A stretch of DNA of 64,000 nucleotides, taken from Octopus vulgaris. Taxonomy: Eukaryota. The notes under the pieces were generated by a model that was not told where the DNA came from, did no database searches, and was given only the letters and a program-made list of their open reading frames with translations. Both the position numbers and the translations under genes were made by a program. This document shows, piece after piece, positions 58,140-64,000 of the stretch. The DNA is taken from NCBI GenBank assembly GCA_951406725.2, contig OX597840.1, positions 31,310,001 to 31,374,000 of the forward strand, given 5' to 3'. Each line of letters begins with the position of its first letter. The first letter of the stretch is position 1.

Positions 58140-58610
58140 GGGGGGTGTAAGGTTGAGATCACAGCCGATATTTGTTACATTAGAATTATTCTTATTGTCC
58201 ACAACGACATATCTGGAATCGTTCTGCGGCAACCGTCCCATCGTGGTTCGATCCCTCTTCCACGAATCGCTGACATTCAGCCAGCTGGATGCTCCTTTCC
58301 AAGTTCAGCCAGGGACTAGCAAACACACCACTCAACAAAAATAGTGCCAAAATAGTAATGTCTAACGTTGGCATAATGCCAGCAAATCTTTTACGAGGTT
58401 GGTGTTACTCGACTGCGATGACCCCCGTATATGAGTGGTACTATATTTTATCAAGTTCAGAGATGAAAGGTGCCCTGCACGTGGGCAGGATTTGAGCTCA
58501 GAATGTAAAGTAAAATCCGAAGACTGTATTACATGTCTTTTTAGATAAATCGATAAACATTTTGAAGCGTCCGTAGGTAAAAATAGCAATTACATTGTAG
58601 TGGAACCATA

Positions 58611-59077
58611 AAAAAAAATGCGCCCTTTTTAAAGCCTAGCCAGGCTCATGGCCCCGGTTTCCCGGTTTCAATGGCGTATGTGTTCCCCAGCTGAACGGGA
58701 CGCCAGTCCATCGCAGCGTTACTCAGTTTTGCCAGCTGAGTGAACTGGAGCAACGTGAAATGAAGTGTTTTGCTCAAGAACACAACGCGTTACCCGGTCC
58801 AGGAATCGAAACCACAATCTTACGATCATGATGCTGACAGTCTAACCACTAAGTGCGCCTTTTTTAAAGCCTAGCCAGGCTCATGGGCCCGGTTTCCCGG
58901 TTTCTATGGCTTATGCGTCCCCCAGCTAGGCGGGACGCCAGTCCATCGCAGCGTTACTCATTTTTGCCAGCTGAGTGAACTGGAGCTCAAGAACACAACG
59001 CGTTGCCCGGTCCAGGAATCGAAACCACAATCTTACGATCATGATGCTGACACCCTAACCACTAAGCCACGCGCCTA
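58611..59077 (-). mobile_element. SINE family D head-to-tail dimer with a 13-bp TSD
   Basis: tagtggaaccata at 58598-58610 and 59078-59090. Confidence 0.85.
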
Positions 59078-59232
59078 TAGTGGAACCATATTCCATTAAT
59101 ATTTTCCCTTATGTGTCGTCTACTAGAAATACGCTATGATGACTTCTGTCATGACGATGCCAATTAAGGAAGCAATACGCATTCAATGCTGTTTTGTTGT
59201 AACCATTATCGAACTAACTTTTCCTAAATGTC

Positions 59233-59516
59233 TGTTCCTTCTCGAGACATGTCTGGCTCATAAGGCCCGGATTCCCAGTTTCCTTGGCGCATAGGTTCCC
59301 CACCTGAACGGGACGCCGGTCCGTCGCAGGTGAGCTGCAAATAGTGAGAGAAAGTTGTGGCGAAAGAGTCAGAAGTTCGCTGTTAGCTTCTGCCGGAGCC
59401 GCGTGGAGCTTAGGTGTTTCGCTCATAAACACACACATCGCCCGGTCTGGGAATCGAAACCGCGATCCTATGACCGCGAGTCCGCTGCCCTAACCACTGG
59501 GCCATTGCGCCTCCAC
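59233..59516 (-). mobile_element. Chimeric SINE: family-E head with a family-D-like tail
   Basis: Head matches 56300-56396; tail matches 26225-26320. Confidence 0.7.
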
Positions 59517-59833
59517 TCATATATATATATATATGTATACACACCCATAAGGATGTGTACACTCACCACTCATTCACAAGTAAAAATTTCAGCCCCAAAC
59601 CAGAAAACAACTACATAAATGGAACAAAGAATGGGAAATATAGAGTTAGTTTATCAGTTGAGAAGACTGATTGAAATCTGCATAGTGTCTTGGTATTTCG
59701 TGCATTAGTCCCTTTTCAGGAAGGTTAAAAGGAACATAGAAAGAGAAGAGAAATAGTGTAGAAGAATAATTAAAAATTAAAGAAAATAATTTATGAAAGA
59801 TTCCGAACGACTGTAAACGGCTACTGTCTAGAG

Positions 59834-60034
59834 CAGTGCTTTTCAACCTTTTTGCTGGAGCGGAACCCCAAGAAAACATTTCACTGGCTCGAGGAACCCC
59901 TGTGCAATAATTTAATTGTCTTATGCACACATATCTGCACAGGAGAATTTAAAATTACTGTCGATTTTAGCATTTTTGTAACTTCTTGCGGAACACCTGG
60001 ACTGTACTGGCGGAACCCTGGTTGAAAACCACTG
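59834..60034. mobile_element. hAT (Buster-type) MITE, single-unit form of 1657-2131
   Basis: TIRs cagtgcttttcaacc/ggttgaaaaccactg; TSD gtctagag. Confidence 0.85.
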
Positions 60035-60375
60035 GTCTAGAGGATATTGCTGTTCTTCATGGTGGGGAAGTCAGTAGGGGAGGTCCAGCGGATGCGTCGG
60101 TGCACGTATCAGAATGTTTGTGTGCCTGGTATCAAACGTAAGGGGAAATGTTTGGGTTTATATATGTGTGTTGATGCGTGTGCTTGTGTTGACTTGGTGA
60201 AGTTTGTGCGTGGAAGGAGGTCTATTGGAGATAGCAGTGTATAATAATTGCGTGAGAAGTGTGAAAGCATGTGAGTGGGGGGCTGTGTTAACGTATGTAT
60301 GTATGTATGTATGTATGTATGTATGTATGTATGTATGTATGTATGTATATATGTATATATGTATGTATATGTATG

Positions 60376-60408
<33 letters not shown>

Positions 60409-60523
60409 GTGTATGTGTGTATGTATGTATGTATGTATGAATGTATGTATGTATGTATGTATGTATGTATGTATGAATGTATGTATGTATGTATGTATCT
60501 ATGTGTGTGTGTGTGTGTGTGTA

Positions 60524-60555
<32 letters not shown>

Positions 60556-61046
60556 CATGCAAGTAAAGAAATAAAAATTTTGAGAAATTCTGCAGACAAC
60601 GTTAGGGGGGGACTAATTGGGTATGGGGGGTGACTCTTACGGTCCAGATTTTTCCCGAAAAGTTCGAATCCATTCCCGACCGATCGATATGCCGACCTGT
60701 GCTATGCCGTTTGTAAAAGCGAAACAGATGAGATCCAGGTGCCACATGTGTGATGCCGTTAATCATCTAAGCGTCTTCTGCCCACAGGTGAGACAAAGAC
60801 TCGCACTGCTGCCAATACCTTAGTTACCTAGTAGCAACAACAACAACAACAACAGCGATAACAATAGCAATAACAGGTACATCTACAACAAAAGCGACAA
60901 CGGTAGCAGCTGGTACAGGAACGACATCAGACCAACACCGCACACAATACAACAGTTCCGTAGCGTCACCGTAACCAGGAGCAGTTTTTGGTCTTCTACA
61001 TATACATACATATATACATTCATACATACATACATACATACATACA

Positions 61047-61080
<34 letters not shown>

Positions 61081-61130
61081 CATACATACATACATACATA
61101 TATAGATACATACATACATACATACATTCA

Positions 61131-61164
<34 letters not shown>

Positions 61165-61589
61165 CATATATACATACATACATACATACATGCATGCATA
61201 CATACATACATACATACACACATACATACATACATTCATACATACATACATATACATACATATATACATATATACATACATACATGCATGCATTCATACA
61301 TACATACATACATTCATACATACATACATATACATACATATATACATATATACATACATACATGCATACCCCAAGGTCACAGACACACACTTATGGACTC
61401 ACATGTGCTTACATCTAATTCCCTTCCGTCTCGATCTCCTCTGACTCTCTGGGGTCACTTCGTTGTGCGGCGACATCGGAGATGTTCTTGTCGTGAGGGA
61501 AAGCGGAGTTGAAGCAAAAACTTCGCCAGGAGATGAAAGCTGGAAAAGTCAACGGAAAATTTAAAGACTGCTGGATCAGATACACAACA

Positions 61590-61929
61590 TTCCGCCGAGG
61601 TCGACTTTGCCTTTCATCCTTTCGTGGTCAATTAAATAAGTACCAGTTACGCACTGGGGTCGATATAATCGACTTAATCTGTTTGTCTGTCCGTGTTTGT
61701 CCCCTCTGTGTTTAGCCCCTTGTGGGTAGTAAAGAAATAAAAATAGGTATTTCGTCTGCTACTACGTTCTGAGTTCAAATTCCGCCGAGGTCGACTTTGC
61801 TCTTCATCATTTCGGGGTCGATTAAATAAGTACCAGTTACGCACTGGGGTCGATATAATCGACTTAATCCGTTTGTCTGTCCTTGTTTGACCCCTCTGTG
61901 TCTAGCCCCTTATGGGTAGTAAAGAAATA
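61590..61929 (+). mobile_element. SINE-B tail-type-2 dimer, 5'-truncated
   Basis: Two units joined at aaata-ggtatttcgtctg. Confidence 0.8.
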
Positions 61930-62399
61930 GGTATTGCATCAAATGTCGCCGAAATCCTGATATACCTCCCCCTATTACTTAACAAAATAGACATAAACAC
62001 GCCATATCCACGGCAAAAACAAAAAAGGAAATAGTGAACACAACCTCAATAGCCAAACGCCACCCCCGTCATTCAGAAAGAGAAAGTTAGCAGATCTTCT
62101 CCAGCATCAAAATAAATATCTTCCTCTGCTTTTCTTTTTCCTTTCAATGTCGCAATATTCACTGCAGAAACTAGAGATCGATTTGGTCAGGAATCATGTC
62201 GAAAGTAAAGGTACCTGTCTAAATAGATATAAATGCGATGGCCATAAATGAAGCCAGGATTATCAGCAGGCACACACTGAGAGACGTACACAAAATGTCC
62301 GCAGCCCGGATCGGTCGCCAAACAGGCATACTCGGTATGGTTTGGAGGATGTCAAGGTACGATCTTCAAGGAGCCAGACGATATGTCGGAAGTGATGGA

Positions 62400-62577
62400 T
62401 GAGAGAAAGTTGTGGTGAAAGAGTACAGCAGGGATCACCACCACCCCCTGCCGGAGCCTCGTGGAGCTTTAGGTGTTTTCGCTCAATAAACACTCACAAC
62501 GCCCGGTCTGGGAATCGAAACCGCGATCCTATGACCTCGAGTCCGCTGCCCTAACCACTGGGCCATTGCGCCTCCAC
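62400..62577 (-). mobile_element. SINE family E head region
   Basis: Matches 56220-56396. Confidence 0.75.
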
Positions 62578-62591
62578 ATAAATACATACAC

Positions 62592-62624
<33 letters not shown>

Positions 62625-62706
62625 CATACATACATATATACATATATACATATATACATACATACATACATACATACATACATACATACATACATACATA
62701 CATACA

Positions 62707-62740
<34 letters not shown>

Positions 62741-63262
62741 CATACATACATACATACATACATACATACATACATACATACATACATACATACATGCATG
62801 CATACATAAATACATACATACATACATACATACATACATACATACATACATACATACATACACACATACATACATACATACATACATACATACATACATA
62901 CATACATACATACATACATACATACATACATACATACATACATACATACATACATACATACATACATACATACATACATACATACATACATACATACATA
63001 CATACATACATACATACATACATACATACATACACATATACATACACACATACATACATACATACATACATACATACATACATACATACATACATACATA
63101 CATACATACATACATACATACACATATACATACATGCATACATACATACATACATACATACATACATACATACATACATACATACATACATACATACATA
63201 CATACATACATACATACATACATACATACATACATACATACATACATACATACATACATACG
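62578..63262. repeat. (TACA)n tetranucleotide microsatellite, ~680 bp
   Basis: Seen directly; similar tracts at 60293-60500 and 60998-61368. Confidence 0.95.
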
Positions 63263-64000
63263 TACGTTAACACAGCCCCCCACACACATGCTTTCACATA
63301 GCCTTCTGACCAGAGGCTGAATTTATTAAGGCCGGCAAAAGCATTATTAGGAACGTCGCGCTCTTTAGTACTAGAGGGAGACCAAGATGGCATTTTACAA
63401 GCACACTGATAGTGTACAAGGTTAGCCAATAGGAAATGGAATGTAAAACCTCACAGGCGTGGCTCACGGGCGCGGCTGACAGGCGTGGCACTTGGGCGGG
63501 TGGCTGCTGCTATAGTCTCGGACCGACTACAGTCTCGTGAATGCATTTGGGAGACAGAAACTAAAAGAAGTTCGTCGTATATATGCGTGTGTGTGTGTGT
63601 GTGTGTTAGTGTGTGTGTGTTAGTGTGTGTGTGTGTATGTGCGTGTCACTTTGTGTCTGTGTTTGTTCCTCACCGCCACTTCATGACCGGTTATGGTTTG
63701 TTTACGTCTGTTCTTGGACACACTGTGATTTGACAGACAGAAGACAATTCCTCGTAGGGTACGATCTCTGTCAGGCAATGGTCTGCCATTCAAGGGACAT
63801 GCCCCGCCCAGCGTAGCTGTGTCGTCATGATTCTTATGATTTACAGACCACATTGGCAACACAGATCACAAATTTGAGGTCTGCACGAACGACTTAGAAA
63901 GGAAGTACAGATGGGGACCCTGTTACTGAAACCCGATCACGTGCCTTCCAACCAAGTGTGCAAAGTGTCGGACGAGCGGATTTGGGAACAAATGAAACGG

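Noticed and set aside
58170-58345. GC-balanced unique island with short ORFs on both strands
   Set aside because: No consistent acceptor/donor pair with an open frame and no recognisable peptide.
59440-59516. tRNA-like sequences at SINE heads (also 49201, 56320, 62500)
   Set aside because: A/B boxes are present but the acceptor stems do not pair, and each continues into a repeated SINE body.

Overview
Eukaryotic, AT-rich DNA saturated with microsatellites and transposons. The SINE families and simple-repeat load look like an octopus/coleoid cephalopod genome (inference). Only one host coding exon is well supported: a large terminal exon (32975-35088, +) of a TGF-beta superfamily ligand whose prodomain layout resembles activin/inhibin-beta. 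Its mature domain is highly atypical. The cystine knot is split by a 318-residue Asn/His/Gln/Ser/Thr low-complexity insert. The dimerisation cysteine, the two finger-1 tryptophans and the CxGxC glycine are all lost, and a 166-aa acidic/Gly-rich extension follows the furin site. The rest is mobile DNA: several tRNA-derived SINE families, R4/Dong-, Tx1/L1- and RTE-type LINE 3' fragments, non-autonomous Helitrons, hAT and pogo-type MITEs, short elements carrying minimal hammerhead-ribozyme-like motifs, fold-backs and minisatellites. Several element families appear to be tied to particular microsatellites. Nearly all other ORFs in the supplied track are microsatellite artefacts. All family assignments come from motif recognition by eye, not database searches.
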